Shown: positions 14,740 through 28,646 of the stretch, piece by piece
Layout of the letters: each line of letters opens with the position of its first letter
Position numbering within the stretch: position 1 is the first letter of the stretch
DNA from: Octopus sinensis
Taxonomy: Eukaryota
DNA: 64,000 nucleotides
Direction of reading: 5' to 3'
Assembly (NCBI RefSeq): GCF_006345805.1
Contig: NC_043003.1
Span: 77,004,001-77,068,000 of the forward strand
The notes under the pieces: generated by a model
What the model saw: only the letters and a program-made list of their open reading frames with translations
Told to the model about the DNA's origin: nothing
Databases searched by the model: none
Translations under genes and position numbers: made by a program

Positions 14740-16100
14740 TGTGCATATCTATTCTCGTGATAGAGGCGTCTTGCAGTTCGATAATAGAAAGCTATTGAAA
14801 AGTCTATTTCTTAAAATAATTATTGTTCTCGAGTTTAGAAGGCTGGCGCAGGTCTTCGATCTAATGAGAATATGTCTTCTTTTAGTTCTGTAAATCTTGC
14901 ATTCTTTGAGTCATTAGTCTATGGCAAGATCTTTCTCGTATTCTCCAATTGATAGAGTTTGGTATATTACTGTCTTTTAGGTTCAAGATATTATCTTGTT
15001 AGCTGTGCCCCATCACTTCTTTTTCCTATATGCTCAAATGGGGATCGGTGGTTTGCGGATATATTTTTGAAGTCACTTTCGTACATTCTAATATTTTCTT
15101 CTTTCAGTTTCCTTTTTCTTCGGAACAGAGATGATTTCGGCTTTGTAAATGGCTGCAGTAACTATACAAGTCTTATCTGGTGGGTAAGCATCTGGGTTTC
15201 TCAATTTCTACTTCCCTGTTAGTGCCCCGCGGAGCTTAAATCAAGTCTTTCTGCTGAAGGAAACTTTTACGGATCATCTAGTGAAGATTTTCCATGAGTT
15301 ATCCGGAAAATGTTTATTTATCAAAACTAAAAGTGTTTTTTTTTATAACTGCCTTGGCCTTAACATTTAGGGAGAGAGGAACGGGTTACCCATAGGTTTC
15401 TTTATAGGCTTGGCTCTTGTTTGGGTCGGATATCTGTTTAAAACTAGTGTTGGTCTGGGTGTTACTCTAACAGATGACTGTATTATCAAAAACATCTGTA
15501 GAAGATGAGAGTTTAGAGACCCTATTATTAAAGTTAGCTCTAACGTTTTATTGACGACTGGGTGTGGAAGGACAGTTTGAATATATACCTAAGATTTTCA
15601 TGTGTTTTATGATAGAGCTTGTAAACATTTAAGCATAGGTAATGAAAGTACCTAAGAAGTTGACTTTAGTGAGGTTTGTAGCTACTGTGATCTTGAAACC
15701 TGTGCTGCTAAAGATGGATATTAGGTTTTTCTTAAAGGTGTCTAAAGAATGATAATTCCAGCCGTGGGATATACCTAATCCATCGGTTCGATATAAACAA
15801 AAATTATGGGATGGAAATTTGATTTTAGGATTTCTTGTACAATAGGGCCTACCAGATTTTGTCACTACCATATGAACCCAGTAATGCGTCAAACAGTTCG
15901 CCCAGTTCAGATATATAAACCGAAGCTGAACCCTTGGTAAACAGGGGGATTTTACGCGAGTGCACGATTTTCTATTTGGTCAGTGACGACGTATTTTCTG
16001 GCGAACTGGATTGCCTTATCTCTCGAGGTCCACGACGTCGAAAACAAAAAAGTCCAATTGCAGCAACAGAAAAGAATCTGAATTGGAACATAGATGTCAT
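14740..16100 (-). mobile_element. Penelope-like element relic (RT C-terminal half plus GIY-YIG)
   Basis: Minus-strand frames give KAIQFARKY, ELFDALLGSYG, LYRTDGLG (decayed YRDDGL), KKNLISIFSSTGFKITVATNLTKVNFL and RNPDAYPPDKTCIVTAAIYKAEII. Many stops. Confidence 0.8.
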
Positions 16101-16498
16101 TTGTTGCTTGTAGTGGAATTAACACTTTAGTTATTAATGTAACAGTCTAAATACTTAATACATTTTCAGTTCTAAGTAACAATAATTTAGATTGTGTTTA
16201 GATAACAATATCTTGCCTCCACTGAATCGGTAAATTTCATCCTAAATCTTAATTTGATATGTATGACAAGACATTTAAAGATTTAATTCAAGAACAGACG
16301 ATCAAGTGTATGATAAGCGAGGAAAAGTCATTCAGGTTACTTTTAGCCTATCAGAAGCAGAATATATACATATAAGATTATGTAAATTCGTGTTATTCTA
16401 TTGTTATATCCTCACTGTATTATAATGAGATTGTATCAATAAAAATTAGCACTGCATAAGAGGCTCCTCTTGTCTGGCAAATATAGATCATAGCTTGG

Positions 16499-16888
16499 GG
16501 AAGTGGCTGTGTGGTAAGTAGCTTGCCTACCAGCCACATGGTTCTGGGTTCGTCCCACTGCGTGGCACTTTGGGCATGTGTCTTCTACTATAGCCTCGGG
16601 CCGACCAAATCCTTGGATTTAGACGGAAACTGAAAGAAGCCTGCCGTATATATATGTATATATGTATGTGTGTGTATGTGTTTGTGTTTGTGTGTCTGTG
16701 TTTTGCCCCTCCACCACCACCAACATCGCTTGACAACCGTAAATTAGCGGTTCGGCAAAGAGGCGGGTAGAATAAGTACTAGGCTTATAAAGAATAAGTC
16801 CTGGGGTCGATTTGCTCGACTAAATGCGGTGCTCCAGCATGGCCGCAGTCAAATGACTGAAACAAGTAAAAGAGTAAAAGAGTAAAAA
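16499..16888 (+). mobile_element. SINE family B
   Basis: Head agtggctgtgtggtaagtagcttg with B-box-like gggttcgtccc, internal (TA)(TG) tract and tail aaacaagtaaaagagtaaaaga. Confidence 0.92.
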
Positions 16889-16951
16889 CAAGAGATCGTT
16901 TTATGCACCAGACTGCATTGTGTGCTGACATATACGGTGTACACACATACG

Positions 16952-16990
<39 letters not shown>

Positions 16991-16992
16991 TC

Positions 16993-17063
<71 letters not shown>

Positions 17064-18265
17064 GTTGGTGCAAACAGGAAAAATAGACCTCAAAATATGA
17101 GTATATGTAAATTTTATCAACATTTAGCAAAGGCAACAGCGTGACTCAAGGTCCGAGAGTTTCTTGCGTTGGAATTTATCAAACTAGTTACAGGCTGAAG
17201 GTCCTGCGTGTTTATATAGCTGTATAAATAAAATAAATAAATAAAAAGAAATGTATTATTCCAAAACGAATTATATAAATGTCATGTGGATAATTAAAAG
17301 AATTCTAAATCTTGACCGTTATGTCGTTCTATAAGCAAAATGCATGGATAAATAAGAAAGAAGAAAAGAGAGAATAAGAAAATCGGCGTGTATTTGCGTT
17401 TGTATGTATGGCTTAGTGTGGAATATTTTCACTTCATATAAATTATGAACTATTTTGGATTAACAAGTACTTTATAAAGGAAAATATTTGATCTTACCTA
17501 GTAGCAAGTCCTTCATTACTGGACATTTCTTTAGAAAACTATATATGTCATCAGTCGGGGCAAAATTCCTTTATGTTCCGTTTGGTGGAACATATAATTC
17601 ACGTCTGTAACAAGCAAAAGCCTTAGGCTCTGTGTGTGTGTGTATGTGCGCATCTTAGGCATGTGTGTACATGTGTGCGTATTTGTGTGCATGTATGTGC
17701 ATATATGTGTGTGTGTATATTTTTGAGCATGGGTGTACATGTGTGTGTACATGTGTGTGTACATGTGTGTGTGTGTGTGTGTGGATGTGTGTATCTAGAT
17801 TTATATGTGTGCGTGTACGTTTGTATCTGTGTGGATAAGAAATCAGCTGCTCAACCGAATGATTCTGCATTTCGTCCAGATGAATGATATTTTAAGCAAA
17901 TCCATTTTACTCTAGTCTCAGGTCAACTCCTAAATCTTGTAAAATTTAACTGGCTGACACTGAACTATGTGCAAACCATCAATCGACTGAAGATTAAGTT
18001 AAGAGTACAAGCTTCCTCGGAATACTCAGTCACAGACGCTATAACACATTGAGTAGGCACTTCGCTTGATTAAACGATCGAAGTACTCATCATTGAAACC
18101 GACGGAGGACCATTTACCATTCATTCTCTATATGTTACTACACGGAGTCCGAGCCTGTTTAAATGCATACATACACAGACTTATATTCGTATATATGCGT
18201 GTATGTGTGTACAAGTGTGCGTTGACATACATACGTATATGTATGTACGTCTGTCTTTATGTACG

Positions 18266-18299
<34 letters not shown>

Positions 18300-18546
18300 T
18301 ATATATATATGTGTATGTGTGAATGTTTGTGCGTATGCGTGTGTATTTACATGTGTCCAAAGTACTTCAAGTGTTATGTTACCTAAATGCAAATTTGATC
18401 AGACACGTACAGATGCCCACTCCCACACAAACTCGCAAAAACACACACACAAACACACAGATGCTGCCAATCTTACATACATATATACATACATAGAGAT
18501 ATCTATGCATATATATACACACACAAACATATATATACATATATAC

Positions 18547-18585
<39 letters not shown>

Positions 18586-18755
18586 CATATATCTTTATGT
18601 GTGTATATAGACAGACATTTATACAAACATATATGCATAGCACATAAATACAGACGTACTCGTACATACATATAGATAGTCATTAATATATACATATGTG
18701 TACATAGACACATATATATATACATACATAGATACATATGTTTATACATACATAG

Positions 18756-18786
<31 letters not shown>

Positions 18787-18948
18787 CATACATACACATG
18801 CATACATACATACATGCGCGTACATACATACGTACACGTACATACATATAGATAGACATTAATACATATATATATGCATAGACACATATATGTATACATA
18901 CATAGATACATATATTTATACATATATATATATATATACATACACACA

Positions 18949-19044
18949 CATACATACATACATACATACATACATACATACATACATACATACATACATA
19001 CATACATACATACATACATACATACATACATACATACATACATA
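18949..19044. repeat. (CATA)n microsatellite
   Basis: Pure tetranucleotide run. Confidence 0.95.
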
Positions 19045-19492
19045 CGTGCGTACGTACATATGTGTAAATTGTATAAAGAATCTGGCAGACCATTTTCGTT
19101 TTAATTTGGAACACTGCGAGTGTTGGCAACTGGAAAATTGCTCCTTCCTGCTAAAATGATGACTGATCAGATTATTCGATTCAGCGGTGTTTTTGGCTGT
19201 CTTCCCAGAATTCTTCCAGCACTATCCTTCTGTTGTAGAAATCTCCACCACATGTTTCCTTCGTTTCTTATGTGGTTCCACCACCTCTTCTATTTTCTGT
19301 TGGCCGTCAAGAGACTGACCGAATTTAATTTTGACACTCTTCTTCTGAAACAATCCTTGCCCAAAGTGTATATTGTGTCAACAAAGGAATGGTGGTGAAT
19401 TTGACACCGGAATAAGTTGTTAGCATCCAACCTCCTACAAACGGACAGATTACTATAAATATACTTCTCTCATATGTTAACTTACACATTTG

Positions 19493-19535
<43 letters not shown>

Positions 19536-19774
19536 TTAATACATACATTATATTGTGTGAGTGCGGTGTGCGCTCATAGAAATTTCTAACAGTAGCTTCG
19601 AAATTTTGGTCGAAATTTTGGTCGAAATTTCTGCGTTTGAAAAAAGTAGTTGAATGGAAATTTCGAAGTCGCAAATGACCTTTCAATTAATGTTTGCCGG
19701 GTTTTATGCTTAGCTATACTTAAAACAATAACAGATGGACGATTTGCAGAGGAAATCACGTTAATGACCGAGAA

Positions 19775-21270
19775 GTGTGCCAGAAAGAGAATAAAATCTG
19801 GTTGAATTCTCCATTTAACCTAGAAGTTACAACCAACATAGCTAAGGCTTCCTGTTATTGACCAAGAAGCATTTCCCTAGAGACTATATGTACTCTATGC
19901 TCTTCAACCCCTCAGCAGTAAGATTAGTAACGCCTGCTTAGAGGATATCGCTTCTAACATCGCTTGCTACAGTACACACAAGCACAACCTACACGGCCAC
20001 CAATCAACATTCCAGCCTGTACCTCTGAAGTACTATCATCTGGGAAGATCCTGCCTCTCAGGGGCTGTTGTCTAAAGAGTCACCCTCACACCATCCAAAA
20101 TCATCACAAAACACTACATGGGCATGATGGCTAATGACTTCAAAAGAAGGTATTGTATTGAATCAAACGATTTACAATAACTTGGTAGCTTATTTGGTTT
20201 TATTCATCAGCCTAGCATTCAAAGTAGAGGCCATCGTGTTGCATCGTCTAAAGCCACCTTTCTGCCAATCCTTTAATCTCACGGGGACACCAGTTTTTGT
20301 TCTAAGAGACGAAGAACTCTTTCAAATAATCTTCCGCCTCCTTCTGCTTGAGGAAGCTTCGTGAGCCTGGAAACTGAGCTACAGATTGGAACAAATAATA
20401 TTCCGAAGGAGCTCGGTGCTAACTAATATTGTGGGTGTGGCAGCAGTTCAATTCCTTCAAGTTCCTGAAGTTGATTCCGTGTCGTTCGATCGATTTGAGA
20501 TCTTGGGTTGTCTTGCTGTAGAAGAGCTCGCTTTCAGTTAAACAATGCCAGGTATTTTTTGCGCACAATAGCATACATCCACTGCAGTTATTCTGAGTAC
20601 AGGTTGGCATCGATCGTTAGACCTTCCGAAACGAACTCGTAGTGAATTATCTCCTCATAATTCCACCAGACGCAGAAAATCCCCACGTGTTCAAAACGCC
20701 CATGTTTGGCGATAGGTTAGTCAAACTGGCTCTTGCTCAACTACTGCTTATACGCGTTAAGATTGCGGCAAAAAAATTTTCCCTCCGATTATTGCTTATT
20801 CTTCTGGCACTCACAGAAGTAATGCAAATACGTTACCAACAAATAGCAACACTTTTGACTCAACATAATATATACAGCATATGCACACTTTCATATGCAG
20901 GGACAGGGAAAGAACCCTATCTTGTTTTATCTGGAGACTTGGCGACCATCGGAACAACAGCCATCTCACCAACATTGAATGAGGTATAATTAACAGAACC
21001 CCACGTTATTCAGATCTCACAATTGCCAAATCTACCTCCATGGAAGACTACATATTCTTTAACAGCCTGCTGTATCTATTAATAGGCAGAATAAGATCTC
21101 TTATTGTTGTCACTAGAGGTAAGCCATGCAAGTCAACTTCAAGCAACTAGTCACCGATAACCTAGATATATCATATTTGACCTGGCTATCCCATACAAAT
21201 GGGTTGGGTACTTTACCGCCGCCACCTCTGATGAGACAGACTAATCCGTGCAATGTATCCATCCTTATTT
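19775..21270 (+). mobile_element. Penelope-like element relic (linker plus GIY-YIG), split by a mariner
   Basis: PFNLEVTTNIAKAF linker, PLRGCCL and KHYMGMMANDFKRRY before the mariner; IQHMHTF..RTLSCFIWRL and a decayed C-terminal Cys region after it. Confidence 0.75.
20153..20868 (-). mobile_element. Mariner transposon relic, internally deleted
   Basis: Minus strand gives GIFCVWWNYEEIIHYEF..TIDANLY..LLQQDNPR..LPHPQY*LAPS..YYLFQS..AERW..DGLYFE. Degenerate TIRs (TTATGTTGAGTCAAAAGT / TTGTATTGAATCAAACG); TA TSD at 20151-20152 and 20869-20870. Confidence 0.9.
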
Positions 21271-21317
21271 ATTTTCTTTAAAGATACACACACATATATA
21301 CATATATATACATAGAC

Positions 21318-21716
21318 AGGAGTGGCTGTGTGGTAAGTAGCTTGTTTACCAACCACATGGTTCCGGGTTCAGTCCCACTGCGTGGCACCTTGGGCAAGTG
21401 TCTTCTACTATAGCCTCGGGCCGACCAAAGCCTTGTGAGTGGATTTGGTAGACGGAAACTGAAAGAAGCCCGTCGTATATATGTATATATATATGCGTGT
21501 GTGTGTTTGTGTGTCTGTGTTTGTCCCCCTAGCATTGCTTGATAACCGATGCTGGTGTGTTTATGTCCCCGTTACTTAGCGGTTCGGCAAAAGAGACCGA
21601 TAGGATAAGTACTGGGCTTACAAAAGAATAAGTCCCGGGGTCGAGTTGCTCGATTAAAGGTGGTGCTCCAGCATGGCCGCAGTCAAATGACCGAAACAAG
21701 TAAAAGAGTAAAAGAG
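21318..21716 (+). mobile_element. SINE family B, near-consensus
   Basis: Full head, CORE-like ccttgggcaagtgtctt, internal microsatellite and gtaaaaga tail. Confidence 0.93.
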
Positions 21717-21736
21717 AAAGAGAGAGAGAGACACAC

Positions 21737-21791
<55 letters not shown>

Positions 21792-21817
21792 CGTGTGTGT
21801 GCGTGTGTGTGTATGTG

Positions 21818-21852
<35 letters not shown>

Positions 21853-22293
21853 ATGTGTGTATTATATATTATATATATACATATATATAACACAGGTCTG
21901 ACATGTACACAAGCACTAGATGTATAAACACACACAAATACATGCCCACACGCACAGGACACTCATACGCACACATAGCTGGAACACATACGTACAAAAT
22001 TCAGGTGCACCATCAGACACACCGACGATCACAGTTGATACAAATGCACACGCGTATGCGCTCATACACATACACACATCCATACACAGAAGATATAAAC
22101 CCATGTGTACCAGATATACAGACGCACATACCAGGTACACACACATACACACACCAATGAACTGCTGTGGCTAACAAACCAAACCCCGCTCCCTAGACAG
22201 ATAGTCACCACCGTCATCCTGTCCTAGCATGTAGCCCAAGGAATTCGGATTGGAATACTGAATTGGACTAGATATAGCTATCAAGTTAATTAT

Positions 22294-22508
22294 TTCTACT
22301 CAAGGCACAAGTTCTTGAAAATTTTTGGAGGAAGGAGGCTAGTCGACAACATCGACCCCAGTGCGTAACTAGTACTTATTTCATCGCCTACGAAAGGATG
22401 AAAGGCTAAGTCGACCTCGACAGAATTTGAACTCAGAACGTAGCGGCAGACGATATACTACTCAGCATTTCGCCCGGCGTGCTAATGATTCTGCCAGTTC
22501 GCAGCACT
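22294..22508 (-). mobile_element. SINE family C
   Basis: Reverse complement includes head (gaactggcagaatcattagcacgccgggcgaaatgctg), B box (gagttcaaattc) and central domain. Confidence 0.88.
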
Positions 22509-22736
22509 TCCAAATTAATAACAGCATGTGACCTGTGTTGACGAATAGCGGCCTAATATCTAGATGCCATCTTCGACTCGTCTCATTCGGTTTCTGCGAC
22601 CCTAACGAGCTTAAGAAATTTAATGCTATACAGATCAAGCTGCATGAATCAAACTGTTGTTAAATAGTATATGCATCTCCTACAAAATGTGTTAAGTGCC
22701 GCTTTCTTTCGCTTGTCCACTCACTCGTGTGGGTAT

Positions 22737-22810
<74 letters not shown>
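22737..22810. repeat. (GATA)n microsatellite
   Basis: Pure tetranucleotide run. Confidence 0.95.
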
Positions 22811-23278
22811 GGTACGCCTATTTGGGCACTAAGAACGCATGCCTATTAGGTTGGTGATCCTAACGAAAACTCCTCATATCCTGTATATATATATATATTT
22901 ATATATATCGGTCAATTGTCCTTAAGTTATGAATAAAAACACACTCTACTGGGGGGCGGGGGTAGTAATGTTTTATGAATTCAAATACTATGTTCATTTA
23001 TGGTGTGTCAGAAATTGCAATATAGGCGACCAACGTAACCTGGAAGCTGGAAGCACCTGACTTCTTTACTAATGAAGTCTTGGACAGTTTCGTAATTAAA
23101 AGAACTCGCTTAAAAAATTAGCATAGAGATTGTTTCCCTAGCTAGCAGGACTCATGAGTCGCCTATACTACCCAGTGCAATAATAGACATGAAACCAACG
23201 GTAACTTTCTGACCGGCCACGACTAATGATATACTACTACTCGACTACATTATGTATATTTAAAACGTACAATCACGA

Positions 23279-23571
23279 CTGTCCGACGAACGGCAACGTG
23301 AAACTCTGAGGAACATTTTATGAAGATCTGCATCAGTTTTAATAAAAATATGTGTGTATAAATATATATATATATGTGTGTGTGGAAAAAAGAGTACACA
23401 AGTACCAGAGGTAGAGTAATATGGTTTATTTAAAAACAGCAGAAATATAGCAAAAGCCTTTACTCAGAGTTTCACGTTCCCGTTCGTCGGACAGTTTTGT
23501 TCGTCCGACGAACGGGAACGTGAAACTCTGAGTAACAGCTTTTGTTATGTTTCTGATGATTTTAAATAAAG
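23279..23571. mobile_element. Penelope-type pseudo-LTR termini (second family), fold-back, with three hammerhead-like motifs
   Basis: 68-bp inverted arms at 23425-23492 and 23503-23570 (6 mismatches). Motif CCGACGA-ACG-ggaa-CGT-GAAA-CTCTGAG-TA present on both strands, with a decayed copy at 23279. Flanked by (TA)n. Confidence 0.7.
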
Positions 23572-25908
23572 TATATATATATACGATCATTCAAGCGCAC
23601 GCGTGCGACGTTTATAATTGCATAGATAGATAGATATTTCTCTATATACCAAGTAATTTTCGTTCCTTAAATATCTATCGGCTAAGCCGGCTAAATTTCA
23701 ATTTACAATGTATTAGTGCGTCCATTTAACTACATGAATATATTTATATCCAATGCGAATAAACATGTACGTGTGCACACTTGTATGCTATCTGCCTATG
23801 TCTAAATATATATATGTGTGCGTATGTGTATCAATCAACGTAAATATGCATACGAGAGAGGGGGAGAGAGAGAAACCAGTAAGCCAGTGCATTCATAAAT
23901 TCATAAAACGTCTGTCTCTAAGCTATATTTCTTCCCTATTTTCCTATCTTCCTATCTTCTATTTATTCACTTCCTTATTTATCTTCAGCTGCCTCTCGTA
24001 CGACAATGATTTTGAAGAAACCAATTCATAACTCTTAGCAGCAAACGAATTCACTGGTAAAATTCTGTTCAACTTGCCATCATCTTTAACCCTTTTGCTA
24101 ATCTGTTAACTTCTAATAAGAAAAATATGCAAAAGTCATTAGACTTTGTTCGATAGTAATCCGTTCAGAGCAAGCAGAAACGGTACATCGAAATACGCAT
24201 ATCACAATTACACCCTCCCTAATAGCACACCTTGTGAATGATAACTGCACAACCAAAATGGCAACACAGGAAAAACTGTGAACAGATAAACACTTTTCCA
24301 TCATTTATCAAATTAATCATTTCCTTGGTTGTGCTATTCTTTAAACGCAGCCTGAACAGCATATCTGACAAAAACCATCTATCTATCCATTACGTATCTA
24401 ATATAACACTTATTATAGTCTTCCTTTGGTCTTTCGTAAACTATTATATCTATCATCTCGCTATTTTTCTATTGTCTGCTTTACTGAATCTATGACAGCC
24501 TCGATTTGATAAGAACATTTAATCATTAGATAAAGTCAATCCAATTTCTTCTCTCTCACGCCTTCTACAACATTAACAACAACAACAACAACAACAACAA
24601 CAATAGCAACAGCAACAATATATTAATACAAATCTTTTGTCTATATGTTATTATTCTTGTGTTCTACAGCGAACTGCGTAAAGCAAGCAGGATGATATAG
24701 TTGTGTAAAGTTTGCAATGCAAGTTCGATTATTGTTTAAAGTTATTCAAGTCTCATATCCTACAGTTGTCTTTCAAAAATGTGTGACCCATACAACGTTA
24801 TTTTCCTTCCCAGAAGTATGCGCTATTTATGTACAATTAAAACTATACCAATAATCCTATTACGGCGACATCAGCAGGGATTTAATAACAGACATTGTAG
24901 TACTTCGAAATATGCCTTCCTGCACTTAACTCCCGTTGCTTTCTGAATTCGAATACTAATGGGATCAGTTAAACAGCAGTTAACCTAGTGCAAATAGCAA
25001 AAAACAACCCGTTGCTGTTAGTAACCAGAGGTAGCACAGTGAAATTATTGTGTACGATGCTGGATTTTAATCCTAAGTTTAGTTGCTCTAGTGAGTAAAA
25101 TCTGGAACAGTATTGACTCTCTCTGCTATATATTCTTCACGCTAGGTACATCACTTAATATTTGATATTATCTCCTCTTGTCATGTGAATCTTTTCTGAA
25201 TTCCCATATAATAACTGTGACATATTCTCTTGAGGCTGAGATAATTTTAAATAATGAAGAGTTTATGTTGTATGGTATTTGATACACCTGTATTTGTCAG
25301 TATCACTGTATAACATTGATATTACTATCAAACTAAATTTGATGTCTTAACAACTTAAAAGCAATGAAGGAACTGTATAGTTGCCCACGATGTTACTGTA
25401 CTTATTACACCTCAAGTCAACCCTGATCGAGTAGACCTATAATGGTCAGAATTCCAGCCTTGACGACACGGTTATTTTTGTTTTGTTTTGTTGGTTGTCT
25501 TTCTTGTTTTAGAATGCCTTCTTCTTTCAAGACTAAAGGCCATAACTTAGAGGTGACTTGGTCACTATTTTTACAGAGTAGAAACGTTGAGTTTATGTCT
25601 GAGAGTACGACAAAATAGTACTGTAAGATATTAAGTTCAAATTCCTGTGTACTTTTGAGTGCCTTTGTACATATACATGTCTATGTGTGATTATCAAATT
25701 GCTTGCAATTCATTCAAGGGTGGGTTAATTTTGCATTGACGTACGTGAATGTGGTGATGTGTTCTTGAAAATTGAATTAAAAGTATAGGGATTGCATTAG
25801 AAAATATCGTAAAGGGGTCAGTAATTATGAATAGCTTGCGACGCATCTTCCCACTATTCCTTTATAAATTGTCGATGCATTTATCTATGTAATGTAAATT
25901 AACGTGTT

Positions 25909-25952
<44 letters not shown>

Positions 25953-26004
25953 GTTAGACATGGCCTGGACCAATCTTTGGTCGAAACATATCTAAGTTTA
26001 TCTA

Positions 26005-26035
<31 letters not shown>

Positions 26036-26040
<5 letters not shown>

Positions 26041-26485
26041 TTGATTAGAAACAGAGAACAAAGGTTTTGGTCTTTATATATATAAAGTGGCTGTGTGGTA
26101 AGTAGCTTGCTAACCAACCACATGGTTCTGGGTTCAGTCCCACTGCGTGGCATCTTGGGCAAGTGTCTTCTGCTATAGCCACGGGCCGACTAATGCCTTG
26201 TGAATGGATTTGGTAGACGGAAACTGAAAGAAGCCTGTCGTATATATGTATATATATATATGTATGAGTGTGTTTGTGTGTCTGTTTTTGTCCCCCTAGC
26301 ATTGCTTGACAACCGATGCTGGTGTGTTTACGTTCCCGTCACCTAGCGGTTCGGCAAAAGAGACCGATAGAATAAGTACTAGGCTTACAAAGAATAAGTC
26401 CCGGGGTCGATTTGCTCGACTAAAGGCGGTGCTCCAGCATGGCCGAAGTCAAAATGACTGAAACAAGTAAAAGAGAGTAAAGAGA

Positions 26486-26530
<45 letters not shown>

Positions 26531-26572
26531 ATAAAGACCAAAACCTTTGTTCTCTGTTTCTAATCAAACCTT
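26036..26572. repeat. 40-bp perfect inverted repeat pair (26036-26075 / 26533-26572)
   Basis: aaggtttgattagaaacagagaacaaaggttttggtcttt and its exact reverse complement; both adjoin TA runs. Confidence 0.92.
26085..26487 (+). mobile_element. SINE family B inserted in (TA)n
   Basis: Consensus head to tail, with tatatata on both sides. Confidence 0.92.
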
Positions 26573-26586
26573 TTATATCATTACTG

Positions 26587-26870
26587 AGTGCGCATGGCTT
26601 TGTTGCCTGGGGTATTCGCTAGCGATCGTAAGATCATGAGTTCGATACCTTGAGTAAAACACTTTATTTCACATAGTCCACTCAACTGGCAAAAATCTGT
26701 AATACTTGCAACTCAAAGGGCCAACTTTGTCACATTCTGAGTCATGCTGAGCCACATAATGTGTACGTGTATCTGTAGAGTGTTCAACCACTTGCATGTT
26801 AATTTCACGAGCACGCTGTTACATTGATCGTATCAACTGGAACTCTTGTCGTAACCAACGAAGAGTCAGA
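26587..26870 (+). mobile_element. SINE family A, degenerate
   Basis: gagttcgatacc, cactttatttcac, ctggcaaaaat, ttaatttcacgagc and gatcgtatcaactgg match 561-885. Confidence 0.8.
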
Positions 26871-28646
26871 TTTGTATCATTAAGCCTTCGCTCACAAGCT
26901 GTCTCTTCTACTTACCTTATCTCATGTATTTATGCAACGAATTAGTTAGGCAGTACTGTTATCTCACCATCGTTCTTTTACTATATTTTGGATTACTCTG
27001 AAGGTTTGGGTAGTGTAGTGTGGTAGGGTGGGTGAAGTTGTAATTGTAAGCATTGATAGAAGATAATATAACTCTACTTACAAATAACAGAGTATGTCTC
27101 AGTACATCTCAACATGACTGTAACTGAAAATGAAGGCGTATGATTGTAGTAGGACTCTTTATATATCAAAGGGCGCAGTTTTTCGTAGTGAATGTGAAAG
27201 TTGGTTGTTAGTGTAACTCTGAAGAACTTAATTGATTGAATGCTAACTTGAGGTTGCCTGTATTTATTAAGCATTGACAGTATTCTATGCAGATGGCATC
27301 CCTAGGAGATTCTTCTCTGTTCGTTTGTTATTGATTGTTTAAATCCAACTGTAATGAAAGACTTATCTTGAGTTTTCAGTATGGGTATTGCTACATGTAA
27401 AAATTTCAAAGCGATTTTCATTTGTAAAATATAGGCGTGGCTGCTGATGCTATGCGGCTGATCATAACGGAAGTTTTAAAAGCGGGCGTGGATGTATCAG
27501 CGCTTACGGCTGCAGTGGATGTAGTAATAGTTTTGGCTGTGGGCGTGGCTGTCTCACCTTTGCATATTAATCTGTATGATATGATTGCTAATATTCTAGC
27601 GTGTATGTGTGTGTGTCTGTGACAGCGTTAGTGACGTGTCACTTTGTACGTTCGTGTATACGTGTAATAACCTGGTGTTGTGTATTATATTCGTGTATGT
27701 ATTAACGGTATATGTATAAGTGTATTGTGTTTCTGAGTGTATTTGTATGTGTATATTTGCGTATATATAGGACACTACACATAATGTAGTGTAATACAGA
27801 GTGTGCTTGTGAAGTGCAGTATGTATATGAGAAGTAGAGAGAGAGTGTGTGTGGGGGTACTGTAAGGTAAATTTTGTGAAAATGCCCATGTTTCAAGTAT
27901 ATCTTAAGATACAGAGATGAACATTGCGACAGATTGGTGGTACACATACAGACAAATTACCAGAGCCGACAGACAGGGTGACAAATAGGACCAACAGACA
28001 AACACATAGACTGTTAGGCAGACAAACAGACAAGCAGACCGATAGATACGTAAATTGACAGGTAAGCAGGCAGAGTGACATACAGAGAGTTTCAATGTAC
28101 TGACTGATTGTCTGATAGAAAGACATCGGGCAGATAGATATCCGGTTAGATATATTGGACAGTGGGCTCGACTAATAGAATTGACAGACAGCAGATAATA
28201 TATACACATGATTAGACAGACTGGTAAAAAAACATACAGACTAACAGCCTAATAGACTGAGTGTCTGAAGGATAAATAGACAAAGATAAATATATTAATA
28301 GATAGAACCAGAACAGACAGAAAAAACAAACAAGTAGCATAAATATTATTTATCTTGTCTCTTCTAAATAAGGGGATGGTAATTAGCGTGTGTGTGAGAG
28401 AGAGAGAGAGTGTAGGAGTCAAGCTAGCCAGAGTATGGTGTGTTTATGTATAAGTTTGTATGTGACAGAACTAATATAAATGTATAACTTAACCCTAAAT
28501 TTGCGAAGCCATATTGTTTCAATATGTAACTACAATTTCAAAAACCTGAAAATTCACAGCGAAGGGGGGGAAAAAGTTCACAAAGCCAACTAATCTCTAA
28601 GGATAATGTTTGACTTAATAACAAAATGGCACAGCGAAATCCATAA

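Noticed and set aside
21222-21260. CTGATGA at the 3' end of the PLE relic; similar partial motifs at about 5605, 14510, 25960 and 30015
   Set aside because: Each lacks either the GAAA or the CUGANGA half, or has no stems. They may be dead PLE hammerheads but cannot be supported as ribozymes.
22844-22860. tattaggttggtg mariner TIR-like start (similar at about 17062)
   Set aside because: Only about 13 bp with no partner TIR or transposase sequence.
23930-24060. Acceptor-like tract (ttatcttcag) and downstream GT as a candidate exon
   Set aside because: All three frames contain stops within the putative exon; no supporting homology.
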